From NCBI GenBank assembly GCA_009786975.1, contig WRGX01000219.1, positions 1-59,021 on the forward strand: a stretch of 59,021 nt of DNA. The letters are read 5' to 3'. Positions 37,884 to 46,217 of the stretch are shown one piece after another. A program made the translations under genes and the position numbers. This DNA comes from Defluviitaleaceae bacterium. Its GTDB lineage: Bacteria; Bacillota; Clostridia; Lachnospirales; WQUN01. The first letter of the stretch is position 1. The number at the start of each line of letters is the position of its first letter. The notes under the pieces are model-generated. The model worked only from the letters and a program-made list of their open reading frames with translations, was not told the DNA's origin and ran no database searches.

Positions 37884-39656
37884 TTACGGGCGGGTTTCCA
37901 CCAACGAAAAATACTCCCCGCGAAGCTCCAAAAGTTCCTCGTGTGTCCCGCGCTCCGCGACTTTTCCGTGGTCAATCACCATAATCAAATCCGCGTGTTT
38001 AATCGTAGAAAGCCGATGCGCGATTATAAAGGAAGTGCGGCCTTGCAAAAGGCGGTCGAGGCCTTTTTGCAGGGCTTGCTCGGTGCGTGTGTCGATGTTT
38101 GCGGTGGCTTCGTCTAAGATTAAAATTCGAGGGTCGGCCAAAAGCGCGCGCGCGAAGGAAATCAGTTGCCGCTGACCGACGGAAAGCCGCGTACCGCGCT
38201 CGTTCACCTCGGTTTTGTAGCCCTTTTCGGTCTCCATTATGAATTCATGCGCGCAAACCGCTTTTGCCGCCGCGATTACCTCGTCGTCACTGGCGTCGAG
38301 GCGGCTGTAGCGGATGTTTTCCATGATTGTTCCCGAAAAAAGAAAGCTGTCCTGAAGCATTATGCCCATTTGTCGGCGCAACGAATACAGCGTCGCGTCG
38401 CCGATATCGAAGCCATCGATAAAAATTTGCCCTTTTTCAAGCTCGTAAAATCGCGAAAGCAGGTTCACAACCGTCGTTTTCCCCGCGCCCGTCGGCCCTA
38501 CAAGTGCAATCGTGCTTCCTGCTTCACAGGAAAAATTCACATTGTCCAAGACGGGCTGGTTTTTTTCGTATGAAAAACTTACATTTTTGAACTCGACACG
38601 CCCCTCGATTTCGGGCATATCGCACGCGCCGGGTTTATCCGCGACCAGAACCGGCTCGTCGAGGGTTTCAAAAATTAATTCGAGATAGCTCATGTTTGTG
38701 ACAATCGAATTGTAAAAAATCGCGATATTGTTAATCGGCGTCCAAAATCGATGAATGTACATGACAAACGCGACAAGAACGCCCACTGTAAGCGCGTTAT
38801 CAGCAATCATCGAAACCGCAACAACATATAAAAACGAAACCGCAAGCGTGCTGATATTTTCGATAGTGGGCCGCAACAAAAAGACCATCGCGATACCCTT
38901 CATCCAAGTTTTTTGTACGCTGTACGAAACATCGGCGAAAATCGCTTCATTTTCCGCTTCGCGCGAAAACGCCTGCGTAATTTTCACGCCCGCGATGCTT
39001 TCGTGAATATACGCGTTAAGATTCGACTGTTTCGCGCTGATTAACTGCCACGCCCGCCGATTTTTCGTGCGAATAATAAAAATCGCGCCAAAAAGAAAGG
39101 GCATCCCCGCCATTGCAACAAGCGTGAGCTGCGTGTCAATCGTCAGCATAATTACAACGATAATGCCAAGCGAAAGCATGTCTGTAATCACGTTTAAAAG
39201 CCCGTTCGACAGCATTTCGCTTAAGGAATTTATGTAATTAACAAGCCGCACAAGAATTTTCCCGTGGGGCCGCGAATCAAAAAAACTGAACGGCAAAAGC
39301 TGGATATGTTTAAACAAATCCAGCCGCAAGTCTCGAATTACGCCTTGCCCGACCTTAGCCATCGCCGCGATACGATATCGCATAAAAAATATGTTCAAAA
39401 AAATAGTAGCCAGCATGATTGCCGAAAGAATCAGCACCTGCGCCACATTTCCGGTCGGAATCGCCTCGTCCATAACAATCATCGTAAGGTACGGTGCCAA
39501 AAGCCCAAGCCCGCTCGAGGTAATCGTAAACGCAAAAGTAAGCCCGAAAACGCGCCGATAGGGACGAATATATTTCCCAAGCCGAAACAAATGCCCAAAC
39601 TTAAACACATTTTTTTGGTCGAGAACCTCGTCCTCGCGAAAAGTATTTCGCGCCAC
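37884..39656 (-). CDS. ABC exporter, fused permease/ATPase (type I exporter, probably homodimeric)
   Basis: Walker A GPTGAGKTT, signature LSVGQRQLISFARAL, Walker B ILILDEATANID. The start is reassigned to GTG 39656 (SD AAGGA 8 nt upstream), because the longer ORF to 39782 runs antisense through tRNA-Leu and has no in-frame ATG before the TM region. Confidence 0.85.
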   Translation of the reverse strand: MARNTFREDEVLDQKNVFKFGHLFRLGKYIRPYRRVFGLTFAFTITSSGLGLLAPYLTMIVMDEAIPTGNVAQVLILSAIMLATIFLNIFFMRYRIAAMAKVGQGVIRDLRLDLFKHIQLLPFSFFDSRPHGKILVRLVNYINSLSEMLSNGLLNVITDMLSLGIIVVIMLTIDTQLTLVAMAGMPFLFGAIFIIRTKNRRAWQLISAKQSNLNAYIHESIAGVKITQAFSREAENEAIFADVSYSVQKTWMKGIAMVFLLRPTIENISTLAVSFLYVVAVSMIADNALTVGVLVAFVMYIHRFWTPINNIAIFYNSIVTNMSYLELIFETLDEPVLVADKPGACDMPEIEGRVEFKNVSFSYEKNQPVLDNVNFSCEAGSTIALVGPTGAGKTTVVNLLSRFYELEKGQIFIDGFDIGDATLYSLRRQMGIMLQDSFLFSGTIMENIRYSRLDASDDEVIAAAKAVCAHEFIMETEKGYKTEVNERGTRLSVGQRQLISFARALLADPRILILDEATANIDTRTEQALQKGLDRLLQGRTSFIIAHRLSTIKHADLIMVIDHGKVAERGTHEELLELRGEYFSLVETRP

Positions 39657-39705
39657 AGTTTCACATCCTTGAATTTTTCTGTTATAATCCAATAATAGCA
39701 CAAAT

Positions 39706-39787
39706 GCGGATGTGGTGGAATTGGCAGACACGCGAGATTTAGGTTCTCGTGCCGTAAGGTGTGCAGGTTCAAGTCCTGTCATCCGCA
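39706..39787 (+). tRNA. tRNA-Leu (anticodon UAG)
   Basis: Cloverleaf read by eye. Acceptor GCGGATG/CATCCGC plus discriminator A. Anticodon stem CGAGA/TCTCG with loop TTTAGGT. Long variable arm. T-arm GCAGG-TTCAAGT-CCTGT. 82 nt, with no encoded CCA. An extended -10 TGTTATAAT lies at 39680-39688. Confidence 0.9.
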
Positions 39788-39799
39788 GAGCTAACGTAT

Positions 39800-39852
39800 A
39801 ATCCGAACCCGAACGATATTAGACTTATCGGCGAAGGGTTCGGATTTGTTTT
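39800..39852 (+). terminator. intrinsic terminator after tRNA-Leu
   Basis: AATCCGAACCC (39800-39810) pairs with GGGTTCGGATT (39836-39846), followed by TGTTTT. Confidence 0.6.
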
Positions 39853-39965
39853 GCCGCTTGACAAAAATTTGTTGACATAACAAGCGGCGATGCGAACCAT
39901 AATAATAATATGCAAAGCGTGCTATACAAGCCGACCCGAATAACGCAAGTACTTCCGCTTACAAT

Positions 39966-40292
39966 GTGCTAATGAATGAACTTGGTGCAAATGGCGGTTA
40001 CCAAAGCCGCTCCAGTGGTATGTTGGATATGCTGGCTTTTTGTGAAAAATACGCATTAGATTATCCGGAACTGGTTCAATTAAACGGGTGGCTAGCCGAG
40101 ATGTGCATTGTTCTGCGAGACTTCGAACGAGCTAAGCCCTTTATTGCAAACATGCACCCTGCGCTTAGGCCAATAATGCAAGGGGACATAGCCCTTGCCC
40201 GCGGGGACGAATCCGAAGCATATGCAGTATGGGCAAAAGCCTGGGAAGATATGAGGATGCTATTTCCATGTGGGAACGAATCATCAATGTAA
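39966..40292 (+). CDS. hypothetical protein (helical/TPR-like), possibly a gene fragment
   Basis: 108-aa ORF in an AT-richer patch beside the tRNA. No recognisable motif. A TTGACA box at 39872 followed by TAATAAT could serve as a promoter. Confidence 0.3.
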   Translation: MLMNELGANGGYQSRSSGMLDMLAFCEKYALDYPELVQLNGWLAEMCIVLRDFERAKPFIANMHPALRPIMQGDIALARGDESEAYAVWAKAWEDMRMLFPCGNESSM

Positions 40293-40323
40293 TGGCTTCT
40301 CAGGCTTAACGCCCAGCGAAAAA

Positions 40324-40588
40324 TTGAAACTAAAAGATGTTGCAGATGAATTTGAAATGATAACCGACGAAAGCCCTCTTTATTTACAACACGCAAACAG
40401 GAGAATTTGAATTTTACATCGACTCTGCGTATTCCGGCATAGATGCCGATGCAGAAAAATACGAATCCGATGAATGGATTTCCGCACCAAGCAAATTCGA
40501 CATTCACGAATACAGCATAATGGAAGATTTCGCAGAACAATGGGAATTTACGCTAACGACTTTCTCATTCAATATATCCACGCTATAA
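40324..40588 (+). pseudogene. frameshifted small gene, UPF0158-like by recollection
   Basis: Reading from TTG 40324 gives MKLKDVADEFEMITDESPLYLQHANRRI-stop. The +1 frame from 40400 continues GEFEFYIDSAYSGIDADAEKYESDEWISAPSKFDIHEYSIMEDFAEQW. The two halves join sensibly (YLxxxTGEFEFY) only if there is a 1-nt indel near 40385-40400. Confidence 0.4.
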
Positions 40589-40695
40589 TTATAGTGTAAC
40601 TCCTCTTTGGATTTAGGTCATTTTACGGCGTTCCTTGCTGAATATACGGGATTTTTGACGGTTTCTGCGCTATAACTTTTCGGGAGGGCAGGTTA

Positions 40696-42591
40696 TTATG
40701 CGCTCTCCTCAAACTGACTGCGATACAATTTTTCATAAACGCCGCCTGCGGCAAGAAGCCCGTCATGCGTACCTTGTTCGGCAATATCGCCGTCCCGCAT
40801 TACTAGGATTAAATCCGCGCTTCGAATCGTCGAAAGGCGATGCGCGATAATAAACGATGTGCGGCCTTGCATCAAATTGTCCATTGCGCGCTGGATTTGA
40901 ATCTCTGTGCGCGTGTCGACATTGCTTGTTGCTTCGTCGAGAATTAGAATGTCGGGGTTTGCCAAAATTGTTCGCGCGATGGTTAATAGCTGTTTTTGTC
41001 CGGCGGAAATATTGTCGGCTTCTTCATTGATTTGCATCCCGTATCCGTCGGGAAGCACGCGAATAAAGTGATGCGCCTGCGCCGCTCGTGCGGCGTTTTT
41101 TACGTCCTCGTCGCTTGCGTCGAGGCGTCCGTATCGGATATTTTCCGCAATTGTGCCGCTGAAAAGCCATGTATCTTGCAAAACCATGCCAAAATGCCGC
41201 CGCAATTCGTCGCGTTCGTATTCCGTAATATTTTTTCCGTCAACAAAAATCCCGCCCGACGCAACATCGTAAAACCGCATAAGCAGCTTGACAATCGTGG
41301 TTTTCCCCGCGCCGGTATGCCCGACAATCGCAATTTTCTGCCCCGGCTTAACCTCCGCCGTAAAATTTTTTATAACAGGCGTGTCCGGCTCATACCCAAA
41401 GCAGACGTTCTTAAACTCCACACGCCCAACGAAAGTTTTTTTGAGAAGGGTTTTTGGTTCCGGGGGCACGTGTAAATCCTTGCGCGTGCTCTCGAAGCCG
41501 GATGCTGTTTGCGTTGCTGCTTGTGTTGCTGATTGCGTTGAAAAAATTTCTCCCCCTAGGTCTTCTTCTTCCTCGCCCAAAAAATCAAAGACTCGCTCCG
41601 CCGCCGCCGCGGTTTGTTGGAAAACTGACGCGACTCCGGCGAGCTGGGCGATTGGGTGCCCGAGCTGGCGCGTGTACTGGATGAAGGCTTGAATTCCGCC
41701 GATTGTCATTGCGCCGTTAAGGGTCAGCGCGCCGCCGATTACGACGATTGCTACATACCCGATGTTACTAATAAATCCGACGATTGGCATCATCATGCCG
41801 GAGAAAAAATTTGCGCGCCAAGAGGCGTTATATAAGGCTTTGTTGTGCTCGTCAAAAGCCTCGACGGATTTTTTTTCGCCGTTGAACGCCTTGACGATGG
41901 CGTGCGCCGTGAACATTTCCTCGATGTGTCCGTTGAGTTTTCCCAGGTCTGCTTGTTGCGCCTTGAAATATTTTTGCGATTTTTGCACGACGAAGGCCGT
42001 GCAAGCCGCCGAAATCGGCAGGGTAATCAGGGCGACAAGCGTCAAAATCGGGCTGATTGTAAGCATCATTATAATCGTTCCGATGATGTGAACCGCGCTC
42101 ATTAACGCCTGGGAAATTCCCGAGCCAAGCGTGTTTGCCAAGGTATCGACGTCGTTTGATATGCGCGAAAGCACGTCTCCGTGCGGGTTTTTATCAAAAT
42201 ATTTCAGCGGCAAGCGATGAATTTTATCGCTTAATTCAACACGCAAGCGATACATAACACGCATGGCTACGCCCGCCATAATGTAGCCCTGTGCGTAGTT
42301 GAAAATAATATTCAGCGAGTGAAGCACGAGCATAATCAACAAAATTTGGCCGATTCGCGAAAAATCTATGCCGCCGACGCCCTCGCCCATGCGTATCAGC
42401 CCGCTGAAAATTTCGTCGGTCGCTTCGCCCAAAATTCGCGGCGCAAGCACCGCCATAATCGTCGAAACCACCATGAAAATCGTCGTAAGCGTGATGACAA
42501 ACATTTCGCCGCCGAGGTACGCCAAAAGTCGCCGAATCGCCCCGCGAAAATTTTTCGGCTTGTCTTCTTTGTGGGGCCCGTGTCGCCTCAT
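40696..42591 (-). CDS. ABC exporter, fused permease/ATPase (heterodimer partner 2)
   Basis: Walker A GHTGAGKTT, signature ISAGQKQLLTIARTI, Walker B ILILDEATSNVD. ATG 42591 overlaps the upstream gene stop as ATGA. The TMD-NBD linker is about 30 aa longer than in the paralog at 37884. Confidence 0.9.
   Translation of the reverse strand: MRRHGPHKEDKPKNFRGAIRRLLAYLGGEMFVITLTTIFMVVSTIMAVLAPRILGEATDEIFSGLIRMGEGVGGIDFSRIGQILLIMLVLHSLNIIFNYAQGYIMAGVAMRVMYRLRVELSDKIHRLPLKYFDKNPHGDVLSRISNDVDTLANTLGSGISQALMSAVHIIGTIIMMLTISPILTLVALITLPISAACTAFVVQKSQKYFKAQQADLGKLNGHIEEMFTAHAIVKAFNGEKKSVEAFDEHNKALYNASWRANFFSGMMMPIVGFISNIGYVAIVVIGGALTLNGAMTIGGIQAFIQYTRQLGHPIAQLAGVASVFQQTAAAAERVFDFLGEEEEDLGGEIFSTQSATQAATQTASGFESTRKDLHVPPEPKTLLKKTFVGRVEFKNVCFGYEPDTPVIKNFTAEVKPGQKIAIVGHTGAGKTTIVKLLMRFYDVASGGIFVDGKNITEYERDELRRHFGMVLQDTWLFSGTIAENIRYGRLDASDEDVKNAARAAQAHHFIRVLPDGYGMQINEEADNISAGQKQLLTIARTILANPDILILDEATSNVDTRTEIQIQRAMDNLMQGRTSFIIAHRLSTIRSADLILVMRDGDIAEQGTHDGLLAAGGVYEKLYRSQFEESA
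41430..41512 (+). repeat. degenerate R90 copy embedded in frame in the ABC linker
   Basis: 41457-41512 reads GGTTCCGGGGGCACGTGTAAATCCTTGCGCGTGCTCTCGAAGCCGGATGCTGTTTGCG. This aligns with the R90 core CACCGGGGGCATGTGTCGGCGGCGACGCATTCCCTCGAAGCCGGACGCAGTTTCCG. The head part (41430-41456) has decayed. Confidence 0.55.
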
Positions 42592-44468
42592 GAGACGGCA
42601 CCCTGACTTGATGCAATTTCGCGGTATTCCGCGCAATTTTTCAAAAGTTCTGCGTGAGTCCCGCGCCCGACGATTTTTCCTTCATCTAATACAAGGATTT
42701 GCTCGGCGTTTATAATCGTGCCGACGCGTTGCGCAATCACGATGATTGCGGCATTTGCGGCATGTTCGCGCAGGGCTTTTCGAAGTGCGGCATCGGTTTG
42801 GAAATCCAGCGCGGAAAACGCGTCGTCGAAGATTAAAATTTCCGGCTCTTTTGCAAGCGCGCGCGCAATCGAAAGCCGCTGGCGTTGTCCGCCGGAAATA
42901 TTTGTGCCGCCCTGCGAAATTTCCGCCGCGAATCCGCCCTCTTTTTCGGCAATAAAATCCGCCGCTTGGGCAACGCGCGCAATTTTTTCAAGGAAGGAAG
43001 GATTGTCTCCGGCTTTGTCTCCGGCTTCGAGAGAACGCGTGGCTTGCGACACATCTTCGCGGTGCCCACCGTGCGCTTGGCGCACTCCGTACTTTATGTT
43101 TGACTCAATCGTCCCCGAAAGAAGCTGCCCTTTTTGCGGCACGTAGCCGATTTTTTCGCGAAGTTCCGCCTGCCGCATCCGCCGAATATCCACCCCGTCA
43201 ACAAGAATCCGCCCGCCGCTTACATCGTAAAACCGAAGCAAAAGCTGCGCAATAGTGGACTTTCCGGCACCGGTTGCCCCAATAATCGCCGTAGTTTCGC
43301 CAGCTTTCGCATCAAACGAAATGCCCTCAACAGCCGCCGCCTCTGCGTTTGGATAGCTGAACGAAACCTGTTCAAAAACAATAGTCGGGGTCAAGGGGGC
43401 TTTGCTCCCTTGCGGGGGATTGGGGGCTGGTCGTCCGCCTAAAGGCGGACTGCTCGCCCATGCGACCGGGGCTGCGCCCCCAAGGTCTTCATCATCGACA
43501 ATACTAAACTCCGTATCAAGCACCTCGGAAATTCTCTTAGCCGAAACCTGCGCTCGCGGCACCATTACAAGCACCATCGAGAACATCATGAACGCGAAAA
43601 GGACTTGCATTGAGTATTGGAAAAAGGCCATCATGTCGCCGATTGGGAGGTCTTCGGAAAGGGTGCCGACGGAACGCGCGCCGAAAAAAATTATTGCGAC
43701 TTGCGTAAAACCCATGATGAACGTGATTGCGGGACCGATGAAAGCCATGGTTCTTCCGATGAAAAGACCGAGGTCGCGCAGGTCGGTGTTGGACTTGTCA
43801 AAACGGGATTTTTCGTGCGCCTGTGCGGCAAAAGCGCGGATGACGGGCAGGCCGTGCAGGATTTCGCGGGCGACGCGGTTGAGCCCGTCGGTCTTTTCTT
43901 GCACAAGAGCGAATTTGGGCATAACAATCGACACAAGAAGTATCACGATGCCGAATAAAATTATCACGGCAAGCCCCAAAATCCAGCTAAGCCCGGGGGC
44001 GCGGGTGAGTGCCATAAAAATTCCGCCGACAGCCAAAATAGGCGCGTAAAGAAGCATGCGCGCCGAAATGTTTGCGACATTTTGGACCTGTGTAACGTCG
44101 TTTGTGCAGCGTGTGATAAGCGACGCCGACGAAAATTTATCGAATTCCGTCTGCGAAAAGTTTTCGACTTTTATGAACAAATCGCGCCGCAAATCACGCG
44201 CCGCGCCCGCCGCAACTTTGGGCGAAATGTATGAAACAATAATCGAAAATGTACCCGCCAAAAGCGCGAAAAAAAGCATTGCGGCACCCGTTTGCAAGAT
44301 AAATTCCATGCGCGACTCGCCCGTTTGGTAGGCATAAACAATGCCGTCGTCAACGATTGCGGACATCAAGGTCGGCAAATAAAGCTCCGCAAGCGACTGC
44401 ACAAAAAGCAGCACAAGTATAAGAATTATTCCGCCCCAAAAGGGCTTTAAATATTTCGCCAGTGACAT
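42588..44468 (-). CDS. ABC exporter, fused permease/ATPase (heterodimer partner 1) carrying in-frame repeat insertions
   Basis: Walker A GATGAGKST, signature ISGGQRQRLSIARAL, Walker B ILIFDDAFSALD. It has an extra ~25 aa between NIKYG and the AADFI helix, and an extra ~24 aa in the TMD-NBD linker, relative to the two paralogs in this window. Confidence 0.9.
   Translation of the reverse strand: MSLAKYLKPFWGGIILILVLLFVQSLAELYLPTLMSAIVDDGIVYAYQTGESRMEFILQTGAAMLFFALLAGTFSIIVSYISPKVAAGAARDLRRDLFIKVENFSQTEFDKFSSASLITRCTNDVTQVQNVANISARMLLYAPILAVGGIFMALTRAPGLSWILGLAVIILFGIVILLVSIVMPKFALVQEKTDGLNRVAREILHGLPVIRAFAAQAHEKSRFDKSNTDLRDLGLFIGRTMAFIGPAITFIMGFTQVAIIFFGARSVGTLSEDLPIGDMMAFFQYSMQVLFAFMMFSMVLVMVPRAQVSAKRISEVLDTEFSIVDDEDLGGAAPVAWASSPPLGGRPAPNPPQGSKAPLTPTIVFEQVSFSYPNAEAAAVEGISFDAKAGETTAIIGATGAGKSTIAQLLLRFYDVSGGRILVDGVDIRRMRQAELREKIGYVPQKGQLLSGTIESNIKYGVRQAHGGHREDVSQATRSLEAGDKAGDNPSFLEKIARVAQAADFIAEKEGGFAAEISQGGTNISGGQRQRLSIARALAKEPEILIFDDAFSALDFQTDAALRKALREHAANAAIIVIAQRVGTIINAEQILVLDEGKIVGRGTHAELLKNCAEYREIASSQGAVS
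43003..43086 (-). repeat. R90 copy inserted in frame in the nucleotide-binding domain of the ABC gene
   Basis: TCTCCGGCTTCGAGAGAACGCGTGGCTTGCGACACATCTTCGCGGTGCCCACC, plus the head GTGCGCTTGGCGCAC (43071-43085). A 12-bp internal duplication GTCTCCGGCTTT/GTCTCCGGCTTC is present. The segment translates as VRQAHGGHREDVSQATRSLEAGDKAG. Confidence 0.85.
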
Positions 44469-44560
44469 TTAGGACACTCCTGAGATAGTTTTGGATGTTT
44501 TCGGAAAAAGTCCTTGTTTAAAACATTTTTATCCAACATCATTATACACCGATTCCCGGC

Positions 44561-44600
44561 AAAAAAAAATGAGTCGGCGAGTGTCACTCGCCGACTCATT
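44561..44600. repeat. P31 palindrome copy in a divergent promoter region
   Basis: A9-ATGAGTCGGCGAGTG-T-CACTCGCCGACTCAT (44569-44599). It lies between the ABC start (44468, minus) and the htrA start (44691, plus), so no gene ends here. Confidence 0.75.
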
Positions 44601-44690
44601 TGCACTCATCTGCAAAAAACATGAAAAATCTCGGTAAAAGCTCGACAAAAGCACGAAACAAGTGGTATTATTAAAGGTGAGGTGATTCAA

Positions 44691-46130
44691 GTGCATGAAA
44701 ACGAACGCGATGAATTCGATTTTTTCGGACTTTCCGAGATTGACAAAATACAGGAAGCAATTGAAAAAGACTTGGCAAACGAGGGTCAAACGACCGCGAC
44801 GCCGCAGGATGACGCCGCGTTTGCGAAGTTTTTTCTTGTTCCGGAGGAAAAAAAACATGGTGATGAATGGGCAGATATTTACGACGACTTAGCGGATGCG
44901 TCGGGTGAACCGCCCGCTTCATATCGCGTAATTGCTAAGCCCGCACCCGAAAAATCATGGTTCGGAGTCGCGGTCGCCTTGATGTTTGCCTGCACGCTCG
45001 GGATGGGGATTTTGGGCTTCGGCATCGGAGCGGGGTTGTCGTTTTTCGGTGGGGCAGAGCCTCCCCTCCCCGCGGAGGTCGTCGCGCCCGGCGCGGAATT
45101 TACGGCTACTTCGTATGTCTTTGAAATGGAGCGGGAAGTCGCGTCGCTTTCGGATATGATTGAGCTGATTGCACCGTCAGTTGTGGGTATTACGACACAT
45201 CGCGCACATCACGACAGACCTCACATGCAACTTTTCGACCCGATTGCAAGCTACGGTTCGGGAATAATTTTTGCATACACTCACGACAGAATTTTTATCG
45301 CAACAAATCTTTACGTCGTTCGCCCGGGGTATCGCTGGGATGTCAGCATCGACGGCAGTGCGCCGATTGAGGCGAGACCCGTCGGAACGAATGATGATTA
45401 CGATTTGGCGGTTGCATATATTTTAAACGCGGATTTAATGGCGGCGGGAATCGGCGAGGTTACGTTTGCGTCGTTCGGCGACTCCGACGAGATGCGAATC
45501 GGCGACGTTGTGCTTGCGATTGGGAACGCGATGGGGGAAGGGACTGCGGTTACTCAAGGGATTTTAAGCGCGGCGGAGCGTCCGCTTTATTTGCCCGGCA
45601 GAGAGTATCCGATTCCGCTTTTGCAAACCGACGCCGCGATAAATTACGGCAACAGCGGCGGCCCGCTTTTAAACACGCGCGGCGAAATTATCGGTATAAA
45701 CATGAATCGCGCGACCCGCCTTATGACGGACCCGTCGCTTGCGGAGGGCATGGGCTACAGTATTTCCGCGAACGTTGCCGCGCCGATTTTGCTTGAAATT
45801 GCGGCAAATTATCGTATGCCGGCGATTGGAATAAGCGGGCGTTCCCTTGCGGAAGATTTGGAAAATCGCGCGGAACTTTGGGGCATACCCGCGCTTGGCG
45901 TAATAATTCTCGAAGTGCATGAAGGCCGCGCCGCGTACAATGCAGACCTTCGCGAAGGCGACATTATAACCGCCTTCGACGGCCAGCCCGTCTTCGATAT
46001 GCCACAGCTCCAAGCCGCCATTCGCGCAAAAGAAATCGGCGACATCGTCGAAATTCGTATACTCCGCGGCGGCTCCGTCGCACACACCGTCGAAGTCGAA
46101 CTCGCCAAGATGATTCGCGACTTCTTTTAG
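44691..46130 (+). CDS. htrA: HtrA/DegP-family serine protease with TM anchor and C-terminal PDZ domain
   Basis: Catalytic-triad contexts IATNLYVV (His region), DYDLAV and GNSGGPLLNTRGEIIGI. PDZ: GVIILEVHEGRAAYNADLREGDIITAFDGQPV. GTG 44691 is preferred (SD AAGGTGAGG 9 nt upstream); the ORF opens at 44682. Confidence 0.85.
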   Translation: MHENERDEFDFFGLSEIDKIQEAIEKDLANEGQTTATPQDDAAFAKFFLVPEEKKHGDEWADIYDDLADASGEPPASYRVIAKPAPEKSWFGVAVALMFACTLGMGILGFGIGAGLSFFGGAEPPLPAEVVAPGAEFTATSYVFEMEREVASLSDMIELIAPSVVGITTHRAHHDRPHMQLFDPIASYGSGIIFAYTHDRIFIATNLYVVRPGYRWDVSIDGSAPIEARPVGTNDDYDLAVAYILNADLMAAGIGEVTFASFGDSDEMRIGDVVLAIGNAMGEGTAVTQGILSAAERPLYLPGREYPIPLLQTDAAINYGNSGGPLLNTRGEIIGINMNRATRLMTDPSLAEGMGYSISANVAAPILLEIAANYRMPAIGISGRSLAEDLENRAELWGIPALGVIILEVHEGRAAYNADLREGDIITAFDGQPVFDMPQLQAAIRAKEIGDIVEIRILRGGSVAHTVEVELAKMIRDFF

Positions 46131-46182
46131 CACCGAGTACACATGTCGGTTTTTCCGCATTCTCTCGAAGCCGGATTTATGG
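46131..46182 (+). repeat. headless partial R90 copy directly after the htrA stop
   Basis: CACCGAGTACACATGTCGGTTTTTCCGCATTCTCTCGAAGCCGGATTTATGG aligns with the R90 core and tail. No head palindrome is present. Confidence 0.6.
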
Positions 46183-46217
46183 TATGATGTCGAAAAATGC
46201 GTTAAGGATGTGAAAGA

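Noticed and set aside
39657-39782. An N-terminal 42-aa extension of the ABC exporter ORF (start at 39782)
   Set aside because: This stretch is the antisense strand of a well-formed tRNA-Leu and its promoter. A GTG at 39656 with an SD gives a normal exporter N-terminus.
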